From an uncultured Acidobacteriota bacterium (lineage in GTDB: Bacteria > Acidobacteriota > Polarisedimenticolia > J045), in contig CAVPCQ010000039.1 in assembly GCA_963702425.1 (NCBI GenBank), positions 1 through 64,000 on the forward strand: 64,000 nt of DNA, written 5' to 3'. The number at the start of each line of letters is the position of its first letter. The stretch's first letter is position 1. The notes under the pieces are model-generated. The model saw nothing but the letters and a program-made list of their open reading frames with translations, did not search any database and had not been told where the DNA came from. Made by a program: the position numbers and the translations under genes. Shown piece by piece: positions 1-11,536 of this stretch.

Positions 1-3000
1 CGCCGCGACCGAGACCCCGAGGTAGTCGTAGCCCGCGCCGCCGGGGTCGGCCAGCTTGCGCAGCTTCCGTCCCGTCGGCGCCGGAGAACAGCACCACGCT
101 CCCCGCGTCGGTTCCACCCAGCGCGTCGTCAGACGCCACGCCGGCCGCGAAGTCGGTGATCCCGTCGCGGTCGACGTCGCCCACCGCCGCCAGCGCCGCG
201 CCGAGATAGTCGTAGCTCGCGCCGCCGGGGTCGAAGGTCCTGTACAGCACGGTCCCGTCGCCGCCCGAGAAGACCACCACGCTGCCGCTGTTGGTCCCGG
301 CCGCGGTGTCGTCGGAACTCGCTCCGGCGGCGAGGTCGGGCGTCCCATCCCCGTTGACGTCGCCCAGCCCGGCGACCGCGGACCCGAGGTAGTCGCTGCT
401 CGCCCCTCCCGGATCGGTCAGCTTGAGGAGCCGCCCGCAGCCGGCCCCGGAGAAGACCGCCACGCTCCCGGCGTAGGTCCCCTGCGGCGTGCTGTCCTGA
501 CGCGCCCCGGCCGCGAAGTCCGGCGTCCCGTCGTGATTGAGATCGCCCACCGCCGCCACCGACCAGCCGAGCAGGTCGTTGGACGCACCGTCCGGATCGA
601 GCGCCCGACAGAGCAGCGCCCGCGTCGCGCCCGAGAACAGCGCGACGCTGCCACGGTCGGAGAGACTGGCCGGATCGTCCTGGTCAACTCCGACTGCGAA
701 GTCCACGACCCCATCGCCGTTGACGTCTCCGACGCTGACGGCGGAGCGGCCGAAGCCGTCGTAGGCGGCCGGCGCAGGATCCACGAGCTTGGCACCCGCG
801 AGCTGCTCAGCCGTCCCCTCGTCCACCACGCCGTCGCAGTCGTCGTCTCGGTGGTTACAGACCTCGGCCGCCCCGGGGTGGACGGCGTTGCGGCCGTCGT
901 CGCAGTCGCAGGGCGCGGTCACCCCGTCGCCGTCGGCGTCGGGACCCTCGTCGCTCGACCCGTCGCAGTCGTCGTCGGCCGCGTTGCAGCGCTCGGCCGC
1001 CCCGGGATGGACCCGCGGGTCGCCGTTGTTGCAGTCCCCGGCGCAGGCCGCATAGCCGTCCCCGTCGTCGTCCTCGTCCACCAGCCCGTCGCAGTCGTCG
1101 TCGACCGCGTTGCAGCGCTCCAGCGCCCCCACCCCGACCGCCGCATCGGCGTCGTCGCAGTCCAGAAGCGCCGTCTCGCCGTCCCCGTCGCAGTCGGCCT
1201 CGAAGGAGAAGACCAGCACCTTCCCGGCATCCTGACCCTCCGGCAGCGGCGCCCCCTCCGCCCCGGCCAGGATCTCCGGCTTGCCCCCGCCCCCCAGGTC
1301 GCCGATCGCCGCCAGCGCCGTGCCGAGCAGGTCGGTCCCCAGCGCGGCCGGGTCGGTGAAGCGCTGCAGCACCGCGCCGTCGGCGCCGGAGAAGACCACC
1401 ACCCGCCCGGCATCCGTCGCCGCGGCGTCGTTCTGCGGCGCCCCGGCCACGACCTCCGGGATCCCGTCGCCGTTGACGTCGGGCAGTGCTGCCACCGCCG
1501 TGCCGAGCCGGTCGTTGGCTGCGCCGGCCGGGTCGGTCAGCTTGCGGATCAGCGCCCCGCTCGCGCCGGAGAAGATCGACACGCTCCCGGCGTAGCTGCC
1601 CTGCGGGGTGCTGTCGTAGTAGGCCCCGGCCACCACGTCGGGGACCCGGTCGCCGTCGACGTCGCCGATCCCCGCGACCGAGACCCCGAGGTAGTCGTAG
1701 CCCGCGCCGCCGGGGTCGGCCAGCTTGCGCAGCTTGGTCCCGTCGGCGCCGGAGAACAGCACCACGCTCCCCGCGTCGGTTCCACCCAGCGCGTCGTCGT
1801 AGACGCCACGCCGGCCGCGAAGTCGGTGATCCCGTCGCGGTCGACGTCGCCCACCGCCGCCAGCACCGCGCCGAGATAGTCGTAGCTCGCGCCGCCGGGG
1901 TCGAAGGTCCTGTACAGCACCGTCCCGTCGCCGCCCGAGAAGACCACCACGCTGCCGCTGTTGGTCCCGGCCGCGGTGTCGTCGGAACTCGCTCCGGCGG
2001 CGAGGTCGGGCGTCCCATCCCCGTTGACGTCGCCCAGCCCGGCGACCGCGGACCCGAGGTAGTCGCTGCTCGCTCCTCCCGGATCGGTCAGCTTGAGGAG
2101 CCGCCCGCAGCCGGCCCCGGAGAAGACCGCCACGCTCCCGGCGTAGGTCCCCTGCGGCGTGCTGTCCTGACGCGCCCCGGCCGCGAAGTCCGGCGTCCCG
2201 TCGTGATTGAGATCGCCCACCGCCGCCACCGACCAGCCGAGCAGGTCGTTGGACGCACCGTCCGGATCGAGCGCCCGGCAGAGCAGCGCCCGCGTCGCGC
2301 CCGAGAACAGCGCGACGCTGCCACGCTCGGTGTAGCCGGCCAGGTCGTCCTGGTAGGCCCCGACCGCGAAGTCAAGGACCCCGTCGCCGTCGACGTCCCC
2401 CACCACCGCCAGCGCGTGGCCGAACAGCTCGTACGCCTCCGCTCCCGGATCGACCACGCCCTGCGCCGTCGTCGTCGTGGCCGTTCCCTCGTCGACCACG
2501 CCGTCGCAGTCGTCGTCGCGGTTGTTGCAGGACTCCGTCGCCCCGGGGTGGACGGCGTTGCGTCCGTCGTCGCAGTCGCAGGGCGCCGTCACCCCGTCGC
2601 CGTCGGCGTCGGGACCTTCGTCGCGCGCTCCCGTCGCAGTCGTCGTCGGCCGCGTTGCAGCGCTCCGGCGCGCCGGGGAAGACCCGCGGGTCGCCGTTGT
2701 CGCAGTCCCCCGCACAGGCCGCATAGCCGTCCCCGTCGTCGTCCTCGTCCACCTCCCCGTCGCAGTCGTCGTCGACCGCGTTGCAGCGCTCCAGCGCCCC
2801 CGGCTCCGACCGCGCCGTCGCCGTCGTCGCAGTCCAAGAGCGCCGTCACCCCGTCGCCGTCGCAGTCGGCCTCGAAGGAGAAGACCAACACCTTCCCGGC
2901 ATCCTGACCCTCCGGCAGCGGCGCCCCCTCCGCCCCGGCCAGGATCTCCGGCTTGCCCCCGCCCCCCAGGTCGCCGATCGCCGCCAGCGCCGTGCCGAGC

Positions 3001-6000
3001 AGGTCGGTCCCCAACGCTGCCGGGTCGGTGAAGCGCTGCAGCACCGCGCCGTCGGCGCCGGAGAAGACCACCACCCGCCCGGCATCCGTCGCCGCGGCGT
3101 CGTTCTGCGGCGCCCCGGCCACGACCTCCGGGATCCCGTCGCCGTTGACGTCGGGCAGTGCTGCCACCGCCGTGCCGAGCCGGTCGTTGGCTGCGCCGGC
3201 CGGGTCGGTCAGCTTGCGGATCAGCGCCCCGCTCGCGCCGGAGAAGAGCGCCACGCTCCCGGCGTAGCTGCCCTGCGGGGTGCTGTCGTAGTAGGCCCCG
3301 GCCACCACGTCGGGCACCAGGTCGCCGTCGACGTCGCCGATCCCCGCGACCGAGACCCCGAGGTAGTCGTAGCCCGCGCCACCCGGGTCGGCCAGTTTGC
3401 GCAGCTTGGTCCCGTCGGCGCCGGAGAACAGCACCACGCTCCCCGCGTCGCTCCCACCCAGCGCGTCGTCGTAGGGCGCGCCGGCCGCGAAGTCGGTGAT
3501 CCCGTCGCGGTCGACGTCACCCACCGCCGCCAGCACCGAGCCGAGGTAGTCGTTGGCCGCGCCGCCGGGGTCGAAGGTCTTGTACAGCACCGCCCCGTCG
3601 CCGCCCGAGAAGACCACCACGCTGCCGCGTTGGTCCCGGCCGCGGTGTCGTCGTAGAGCGCGCCGGCGGCGATGTCGGGTGTCCCGTCGCCGTTGACGTC
3701 GCCCAGCCCGGCGACCGCGGACCCGAGGTAGTCGCTGCTCGCTCCTCCCGGATCGGTCAGCTTGAGGAGCCGCCCGCAGCCGGCCCCGGAGAAGACCGCC
3801 ACGCTCCCGGCGTAGGTCCCCTGCGGCGTGCTGTCCTGGCGCGCCCCGGCCGCGAAGTCCGGCGTCCCGTCGTGATTCAGGTCCCCGACCGCCGCCACCG
3901 ACCAGCCGAGCTGGTCGTTGGACGCACCGTCCGGATCGAGCGCCCGGCACAAGCAGCGCGCGCGTCGCACCCGAGAACAGCGCGACGCTGCCACGGTCGG
4001 TGTAGCCGGCCAGGTCGTCCTGGTAGGCCCCGACCGCGAAATCCACGACGCCGTCGCCGTCGACGTCCCCCACCACCGCCAGCGCGTGGCCGAACAGCTC
4101 GTAGGCCTCCGCTCCCGGATCGACCACGCCCTGCGCCGTCGTCGTCGTGGCCGTTCCCTCGTCGACCACCCCGTCGCAGTCGTCGTCGCGGTTGTTGCAG
4201 GACTCCGTCGCCCCGGGGTGGACGCCGTTGCGTCCGTCGTCGCAGTCGCAGGGCGCCGTCACCCCGTCGCCGTCGGCGTCGGGACCTTCGTCGCGTGCTC
4301 CCGTCGCAGTCGTCGTCGGCCGCGTTGCAGCGCTCCGGCGCGCCGGGGAAGACCCGCGGGTCGCCGTTGTCGCAGTCCCCGGCGCAGGCCGCATAGCCGT
4401 CCCCGTCGTCGTCCTCGTCCACCAGCCCGTCGCAGTCGTCGTCGACCGCGTTGCAGCGCTCCGGCGCCCCCGGCTCGACCGCGCCGTCGCCATCGTCGCA
4501 GTCCAACAGCGCCGTCACCCCGTCGCCGTCGCAGTCGGCCTCGAAGGAGAAGACCAACACCTTCCCGGCATCCTGACCCTCCGGCAGCGGCGCCCCCTCC
4601 GCCCCGGCCAGGATCTCCGGCTTGCCCCCGCCCCCCAGGTCGCCGATCGCCGCCAGCGCCGTGCCGAGCAGGTCGGTCCCCAGCGCTGCCGGATCGGTGA
4701 AGCGCTGCAGCACCGCGCCGTCGGCGCCGGAGAAGACCACCACCCGCCCGGCATCCGTCGCCGCGGCGTCGTTCTGCGGCGCCCCGGCCACGACCTCCGG
4801 GATCCCGTCGCCGTTGACGTCGGGCAGTGCTGCCACCGCCGTGCCGAGCCGGTCGTTGGCTGCGCCGGCCGGGTCGGTCAGCTTGCGGATCAGCGCCCCG
4901 CTCGCGCCGGAGAAGAGCGCCACGCTCCCGGCGTAGCTGCCCTGCGGGGTGCTGTCGTAGTAGGCCCCGGCCACCACGTCGGGGACCAGGTCGCCGTCGA
5001 CGTCGCCGATCCCCGCGACCGAGACCCCGAGGTAGTCGTAGCCCGCGCCGCCCGGGTCGGCCAGCTTGCGCAGCTTGGTCCCGTCGGCGCCGGAGAACAG
5101 CACCACGCTCCCCGCGTCGCTCCCACCCAGCGCGTCGTCGTAGGGCGCGCCGGCCGCGAAGTCGGTGATCCCGTCGCGGTCGACGTCGCCCACCGCCGCC
5201 AGCACCGAGCCGAGGTAGTCGTGGCCGCGCCGCCGGGGTCGAAGGTCTTGTACAGCACCGCCCCGTTGCCGCCCGAGAAGACCACCACGCTGCCGGCGTT
5301 GGTCCCGCCCGCGGTGTCGTCGTAGAGCGCGCCGGCCGCGATGTCCGGCGTCCCGTCGCCGTTGACGTCCCCCAGCCCGGCGACCGCGGACCCGAGGTAG
5401 TCGCTGCTCGCTCCTCCCGGATCGGTCAGCTTGAGGAGCCGCCCGCAGCCGGCCCCGGAGAAGACCGCCACGCTCCCGGCGTAGGTCCCCTGCGGCGTGC
5501 TGTCCTGGCGCGCCCCGGCCGCGAAGTCCGGCGTCCCGTCGTGATTCAGGTCCCCGACCGCCGCCACCGACCAGCCGAGCTGGTCGTTGGACGCACCGTC
5601 CGGATCGAGCGCCCGGCACAAGCAGCGCGCGCGTCGCACCCGAGAACAGCGCGACGCTGCCACGGTCGGTGTAGCCGGCCAGGTCGTCCTGGTAGGCCCC
5701 GACCGCGAAGTCAAGGACCCCGTCGCCGTCGACGTCCCCCACCACCGCCAGCGCGTGGCCGAACAGCTCGTACGCCTCCGCTCCCGGATCGACCACGCCC
5801 TGCGCCGTCGTCGTCGTGGCCGTCCCCTCGTCGACCACCCCGTCGCAGTCGTCGTCGCGGTTGTTGCAGGTCTCCGTCGCCCCGGGGTGGACGGCGTTGC
5901 GGCCGTCGTCGCAGTCGCAGGGCGCGGTCACCCCGTCGCCGTCGGCGTCGGGACCCTCGTCGCTCGCTCCCGTCGCAGTCGTCGTCGGCCGCGTTGCAGC

Positions 6001-6125
6001 GCTCGGCCGCGCCGGGGAAGACCCGCGGGTCGCCGTTGTTGCAGTCCCCGGCGCAGGCCGCATAGCCGTCCGCGTCGTCGTCCTCGTCCACCAGCCCGTC
6101 GCAGTCGTCGTCGACCGCGTTGCAG
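1..6125. repeat. Tandem near-identical ~1.67 kb intragenic repeat (about 3.6 copies visible)
   Basis: Marker tcgaaggagaagacc recurs at 1200, 2872 and 4541 (periods 1672 and 1669); long stretches are identical between copies. Confidence 0.95.
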
Positions 6126-7792
6126 GTCTCGCTCGCGTCGGGTCGGACATTCGACGAGCCTGTGCCGCCGTCGTCCCGACAATCGCCGGTCAGCGGCGTG
6201 AACCCGTCTCCGTCGCAGTCGCTCTCGCGCGCGAACAGGACGACATTGCCGACGCTCGTGCCCTCCGGACTGTTCGCGTAAGGCGCGCCCGCCACGAGAT
6301 CAGGCTCCCCGTCGCCGGTCAGGTCGAAGGCCACCGCGAGCGATGATCCGGCCTGGTCGCTGGCCGCTCCACTGCTGGAGACGAGCTTGTCGATCACCGC
6401 GCCGCTGCCCCCGGAGAAGAGCAGCGCCGCGCCGACATCGGCGCCCGCGGCGCTGTCGTCGAGCGGTTCCCCGGCCGCCACGTCGACCGTCCCGTCGCCG
6501 TCGAAGTCCCCGAGCGCTGCGACGGACCGGCCGAGCCGGTCGCCCGAGGCCCCTGCGGGATCGGTCATCCGGATGAGCACCGAGCCGCTGGCCCCGGAGA
6601 AGACGACCACCCGGCCCGCGCTGCTGGCCTGGGCGTTGTTCTCGGGCGCACCAGCGGCCAGGTCTCCGGTCCCGTCGTGGTTGAGGTCGCCGATCGACGC
6701 GATCGAGGCCCCCAGGCGCTCGTAGTTGACTCCCAGGGGGTCCGTCAAGCGCAGCAGCACCGAGCCGTCAGCGCCGGAGAAGACGATCACCGCGCCGCGG
6801 TCGACCCCCGTGCCGTTGTAACCCTCCGTGCCGGCCGCGACGTCCGGGGTGCCGTCGCCGTTCAGATCGCCGGCCGGGACGACGGCGCTGCCGAGTTCGT
6901 CGCTGGCCGCACCGAGTGGGTCGGTCAACTTTCGAATCACGGACCCGTTGGCGCCGGAGAAGAGGACGACGCTGCCCCGGTTGCTCACGCTCGCCTCGTC
7001 GTCGTAGATCGCTCCGGCGGCGATGTCGGGCGTCCCATCCCCGTTGACGTCGCCCAGCCCGGCGACCGCGCTGCCCAGGTAGTCGCTGCCCGCGCCTCCC
7101 GGGTCGGTCGCCTTGAAGAGACGCCCGCAGCCGGCGCCGGAGAAGACCACCACGCTCCCGGCGTAGGTCCCCTGCGGCGTGCTGTCCTGGCGCGCCCCGG
7201 CCGCGAAGTCCGGCGTCCCGTCGTGGTTGAGATCGCCCACCGCCGCCACCGACCAGCCGAGCTGGTCGTTGGACGCACCGTCCGGATCGAGTGCCCGGCA
7301 CAACAGCGCGCGCGTCGCACCCGAGAACAACGCCACGCTGCCGGACTCGGACAGCGTCCCCGTGTCGTCGTACGGCACGCCGACGACGAAGTCGTCGATC
7401 CCGTCCCCGTTCACGTCACCGATCGCGGCGACCGCGCGGCCGAAGGAGTCCCCGCCGCCGGCCCCCGGGTCGCGCACCTCACGGCTCGTCGAGACGATCG
7501 CAAACCCCTCGTCCGCGAAGCCGTCGCAGTCGTTATCGACCTGGTCGCAGGCCTCGGCGACACCGGGGTGGACGCCGTTGCGCCCGTCGTCGCAGTCCCC
7601 GCAGAGCAGTCCCGAGGCATTGCAGCCGGCTACCGTGCAGTCGGCGTAGCCGTCCAGGTCGGCGTCGGGGCAGGCCTGTCCCGCGGCGGGCGAGATCGCG
7701 GCCGCGGCGACGAGGACGAGGGACACGAGCAACGAGAATGCGAATCGATGGCGGGAGAATTCCTCCCGTGCCGTGCGTGCGAATCCGCTCAT
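1..7792 (-). CDS. Giant secreted FG-GAP (integrin-alpha-like) repeat protein with Cys/Asp putative metal-binding motifs; 3' partial; broken by multiple frameshifts in this sequence
   Basis: ATG at 7792 with GGAGG upstream; signal-like segment FAFSLLVSLVLVAAAAISPAAG; repeated blades LG-x-SVA-x-GDVNGDG-x-PD-x-AGA; linker motifs CDCDDGRNAVHPGATESCNNRDDDCDG; minus-strand ORF pieces (5711-7963, 3877-6150, 4890-5714, 2589-4493, 3221-3994, 1549-2724) join into one protein by frame switching. Confidence 0.85.
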
Positions 7793-8130
7793 CGAACTGC
7801 CCTCCGCGAGACGTGCCGGCAACCCGCGTCGCGCCAACCATTCCCTGCGGATCCAAGGTCCGATCCGCCCGAATCGCGGGACGCTCCGCGGGCTCCGCAT
7901 CGACCAGAAACCGCGGAGGACCCCCTGCTTCGACTTTTCTGACCGCCCCTTTCGGGGCCCCACTGAGGCGCCAAGTATAGCGGCCCGCGTGCGCGTGATC
8001 GCCGCAGGCGACGGTCGTTCCGTGGATTAGACATCAGGAACGGATCTCGGTATCGCGACCCGGCCGATCCGGGGACGGATTGACGCCCGCGCCGGGGTCA
8101 GGGGAAACTCCGCACCCTGGAGACCCCGCG

Positions 8131-8595
8131 ATGGGCGCCCCCCCGTTCCCCGCCCCGTTGCGCGCGCTGCTCGAGCGCGCCGTCGAGCATCCGCTCGGGT
8201 TCCAGCTCCTTTACCAGGGGCACCTGGAGAGTGTCGCCGCCCTCTTCGCCGTCACCCCCGACACCATCGAATCGGCCCGCTCCTGGATCCTCGACCCGGT
8301 CCGCCGGGAGCGCTTCACCGCCGAACTCCTCGCAGCGCGGCAGTTTCACCACGAGCACCCCGAGGTCGATCACATCCACGGGCGCGGCCCGGCCCCGCCC
8401 GTCCCGCCGCCGAAGACCGTCGAGGATCTGCTCCGCGATATCGACGCCCTCCCGGACGGGGCCGAGTTCCTGTACCACGCCCCGCCCGAGACGATCGCCG
8501 TGTTGTTCGCCGTCCACCCCTTCGTCGTTCATGAGGCTCGCCAGCGGCTGCGCGCGCGCGGATTCGCGCCGCGCGCCAACGAGGACCCGGACTGA
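8131..8595 (+). CDS. Hypothetical protein with an internal two-fold repeat and His/Pro-rich linker
   Basis: GC3-rich ORF ending 27 bp before the HMG-CoA synthase; repeats HPLGFQLLYQGHLESVAALFAV..IESAR and LPDGAEFLYHAPPETIAVLFAV..VHEAR; start uncertain (8080 TTG or 8131 ATG). Confidence 0.75.
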   Translation: MGAPPFPAPLRALLERAVEHPLGFQLLYQGHLESVAALFAVTPDTIESARSWILDPVRRERFTAELLAARQFHHEHPEVDHIHGRGPAPPVPPPKTVEDLLRDIDALPDGAEFLYHAPPETIAVLFAVHPFVVHEARQRLRARGFAPRANEDPD

Positions 8596-8622
8596 CCGTC
8601 CGGAAGAGACCAAGGAGGCTCC

Positions 8623-9675
8623 ATGGAGGTCGGGATCCGAGGGTACGGCGCCTACATCCCGCGCCACAGGATCAGGGTCGAGGAGATCGCCCGCGTCTGG
8701 GGGGCGGACGCCCCGACCTACAAGCGGGGCCTGGGGTTGCGTGAGAAGTCGGTGCCGACGCCGGACCAGGACGTGATCACGATGTCGGTCGAGGCGGCGC
8801 GCCACGCGATCCGCCGGGCCGGGATCGACCCGGTCAAGATCGGGGCGATCTACATCGGCTCGGAGTCGCACCCGTACGCGGTCAAGCCCAGCGGCACGGT
8901 CGTCGCGGAGGCGATCGGGGCGACCCCCGAGATCCACTGCGCGGACTTCGAGTTCGCCTGCAAGGCGGGGAGCGAGGGGATGTTCGTCGCGCTCTCGCTG
9001 GTCAAGGCGGGCCAGATGGAGTTCGCGATGGGGATCGGGGCCGACACCTCGCAGGGCGCCCCGGGCGACGCGCTCGAGTACTCGGCTTCGGCCGGGTCGG
9101 CGGCGTACATCTTCGCCAGCACGCAGTTGGTGGCGGTCTGCGAGGAAACCTACGCCTTCATGACCGACACGCCCGACTTCTGGCGGCGCGAGTACCAGTT
9201 CTACCCGCGCCACGGCGGGCGCTTCACCGGCGAGCCGGCCTACTTCAAGCACACGCTCAGCTGCGCGCGCGGGCTGATGAAGAAAGCCAAGGTGAAGCCG
9301 AAGGACCTGCGCTGGGCGGTCTTCCACCAGCCGAACGGGAAGTTCCCGGCCCGGGCCGCGGAGGAACTGGGCTTCACCGCGGAGCAGTACGGGCAGGGGC
9401 TGCTCAGCCCGACGCTGGGCAACACCTACTCCGGGGCCTCGCCGCTCGGCCTGACCGCGGTGCTCGACGTGGCGAAACCCGGCGACCGGATCCTGATGGT
9501 CAGCTACGGGTCCGGCGCCGGCAGCGACGGCTTCATCTGGCGCGTCACCGACCGGATCGCGAAAGTCCAGAAGCTGGCGCCGCAGACGCGGCCGCAGCTC
9601 GAGGATCGGCCGATCTACGTCGACTACGGCACCTACGCCAAGTTCCGCGGCAAGATCCGCAAGCTCACCGAGTGA
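8623..9675 (+). CDS. Hydroxymethylglutaryl-CoA synthase, archaeal type
   Basis: Motifs [21 protein letters not shown] (catalytic Cys), [44 protein letters not shown]; AGGAGG RBS. Confidence 0.93.
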   Translation: MEVGIRGYGAYIPRHRIRVEEIARVWGADAPTYKRGLGLREKSVPTPDQDVITMSVEAARHAIRRAGIDPVKIGAIYIGSESHPYAVKPSGTVVAEAIGATPEIHCADFEFACKAGSEGMFVALSLVKAGQMEFAMGIGADTSQGAPGDALEYSASAGSAAYIFASTQLVAVCEETYAFMTDTPDFWRREYQFYPRHGGRFTGEPAYFKHTLSCARGLMKKAKVKPKDLRWAVFHQPNGKFPARAAEELGFTAEQYGQGLLSPTLGNTYSGASPLGLTAVLDVAKPGDRILMVSYGSGAGSDGFIWRVTDRIAKVQKLAPQTRPQLEDRPIYVDYGTYAKFRGKIRKLTE

Positions 9676-9689
9676 GCGGGGAGAGCGCG

Positions 9690-10862
9690 ATGCGAGAAGT
9701 TGCCGTCATCGGCGTGGGGATGAACAAGTGGGGCGAGCTGTGGGAGAAGTCCCACCGCCGGATCTGGACCGAGGCCGCGCTGGCCGCCGTCGACGACGCT
9801 GGGGTCGACCGGGTCGACGCGATGTATGTCGGCTGCATGAGCGGGGGCCTGTTCGTCGGCCAGGAGCACCTCGGCGCGCTGCTCGCCGACGAGCTCGGGA
9901 TGGGGCCGATCCCCGGGACGCGGGTCGAGTCGGCCTGCGCTTCGGGCGGGCTCTCTTTCCGTCAGGCCTGGCTCGCGGTCGCCGCCGGCGCGCACGACAT
10001 CGTCCTGGCGACCGGCGTCGAGAAGATGACCGACGTCGACGGGGGGGCCGCGACCTACGCCCTCTCGACCGCCGCCGACCAGGAGTACGAGTGCTACCAG
10101 GGGATCACCTTTCCCGGGCTCTACGCGATGATGGCGCGCGTGCACATGGAGCGCTACGGCACGACCCGCCGCCAGCTCGCCGACGTCGCGGTGAAGAACC
10201 ACGCGCACGGGATGTTCAACGATCTCGCGCAGTTCCGGATGAAGGTGACGGCGGAGCAGGTGATGGGGTCGGCGGCCGTGGCCGACCCGCTGCGGCTGCT
10301 CGACTGCTCGCCGATCACCGACGGGGCGGCGGCGGTCGTGCTCTGCCCGCTCGAGATGGCGCGCAAGCTGTCGAAGAAGCCGGCCGTGCGCATAGCCGCC
10401 TCGGCCCACGCGACCGACCGGATCGCGCTGCACGAGCGCGACGACATGGCCGACCTCGCCTCGACGCGGCACGCCGCCGCGCTGGCCTACAAGCAGGCCG
10501 GGATCGCGCCGAAGGACCTCTCGTTCTGCGAGGTCCACGACTGCTTCACGATCGCCGAGATCCTGGTGATCGAGGCGCTGGGACTGGTTCCGCGCGGCAA
10601 GGGGGGCGCGGCGGCCGGATCGGGGCTGACGGCGCTGGGCGGGACGATCCCGGTCAACCCGTCCGGCGGCCTGAAGTCGAAGGGCCACCCGGTCGGGGCG
10701 ACCGGCATCGCGCAGATCCGCGAGGCGGTGCTGCAGCTCCGCGGGGAGGCGGGCAAGCGGCAGGTTCCGAAGGCCCGCTGGGGCCTCACGCAGAACATGG
10801 GCGGCACCGGCGCGAGCACGGTCGTGCACATCTTCGAGCGCGCCGTTGGGAGGAAGCGATGA
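9690..10862 (+). CDS. Acetyl-CoA C-acetyltransferase (thiolase, archaeal/SCP-x-like type)
   Basis: [51 protein letters not shown]. Confidence 0.93.
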   Translation: MREVAVIGVGMNKWGELWEKSHRRIWTEAALAAVDDAGVDRVDAMYVGCMSGGLFVGQEHLGALLADELGMGPIPGTRVESACASGGLSFRQAWLAVAAGAHDIVLATGVEKMTDVDGGAATYALSTAADQEYECYQGITFPGLYAMMARVHMERYGTTRRQLADVAVKNHAHGMFNDLAQFRMKVTAEQVMGSAAVADPLRLLDCSPITDGAAAVVLCPLEMARKLSKKPAVRIAASAHATDRIALHERDDMADLASTRHAAALAYKQAGIAPKDLSFCEVHDCFTIAEILVIEALGLVPRGKGGAAAGSGLTALGGTIPVNPSGGLKSKGHPVGATGIAQIREAVLQLRGEAGKRQVPKARWGLTQNMGGTGASTVVHIFERAVGRKR

Positions 10863-11251
10863 TCGGACCGGTTCGCTACTGGCGCGAGATCCCGCAGCGC
10901 TACCGCACCGAGGCCGCGCGCTGCAGCGGGTGCGGGAAGGTCTTCTTCCCGCCGCGCCTGGTCTGCAACGCCTGCCGCGGGCGGGAGTTCAAACCGGTGA
11001 TCCTGCCGCAGGCCGGGACGCTCGAGACCTTCACGATCATCCGCGTGGCGCCGACCGGCTTCGAGGACCAGGCGCCCTACGCGGTCGGGGTCGTGCGGCT
11101 CGCGGACAGCGTGAAGGTGACGGCGCAGATCGTCGATTGCGACCTCGAGACGCTGGCGACCGGACAGAAGCTGCGGCTCGAGTTCCGGAAGGTGCAGCAG
11201 GACGGCGCCTCGGGCGTGCTCTGCTACGGCTACAAGTTCGTGCCGGCATAG
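10859..11251 (+). CDS. DUF35-family Zn-ribbon/OB-fold protein (thiolase-HMGS scaffold)
   Basis: [23 protein letters not shown]-terminal YGYKF; ATGA overlap with the thiolase stop. Confidence 0.92.
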   Translation: MIGPVRYWREIPQRYRTEAARCSGCGKVFFPPRLVCNACRGREFKPVILPQAGTLETFTIIRVAPTGFEDQAPYAVGVVRLADSVKVTAQIVDCDLETLATGQKLRLEFRKVQQDGASGVLCYGYKFVPA

Positions 11252-11480
11252 GCGGGAGGGGAGAGGGAGCCCGCCGCCCCGGAGCCGTCAGAGCGCGCGC
11301 GTCATCTCGACCATCGTGCGGCGGAAGCCGCCGACCAGCGACGGCCGGGGAAGGCGACTCCGTGGCGGGAGGATGACCACGGCGGCTTGCCGCCGCTACG
11401 CGGTCGGCAGGCGCTGGAGCCTTCCCAGCCGGAACGCGGGCGATCCCCGGCGGGCCTGTACTCGAGGCGCTGGCTAAGAC

Positions 11481-11509
11481 GACATCCGGATGCCAAGATC
11501 TCGAATGTC
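11481..11509. promoter_or_regulatory. Imperfect inverted repeat, candidate Rrf2 operator
   Basis: GACATCCG-N13-CGAATGTC, containing the perfect palindrome CATCCGGATG, 27 bp before the Rrf2 ATG. Confidence 0.35.
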
Positions 11510-11536
11510 CCGCGCCACCCGGGAGGACGCCGTCTC

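Noticed and set aside
1-6125. Long repeats as a CRISPR array, DGR template/variable repeats or mobile element
   Set aside because: The repeats are coding modules with no spacers, differences are not adenine-specific, and no cas, reverse transcriptase or transposase is present
56-7980. Long plus-strand ORFs over the giant gene
   Set aside because: Antisense shadows typical of high-GC coding DNA, with no recognisable motifs
8623-11251. PhlABC-type phloroglucinol biosynthesis cluster
   Set aside because: No type III PKS nearby and the HMGS catalytic residues are intact
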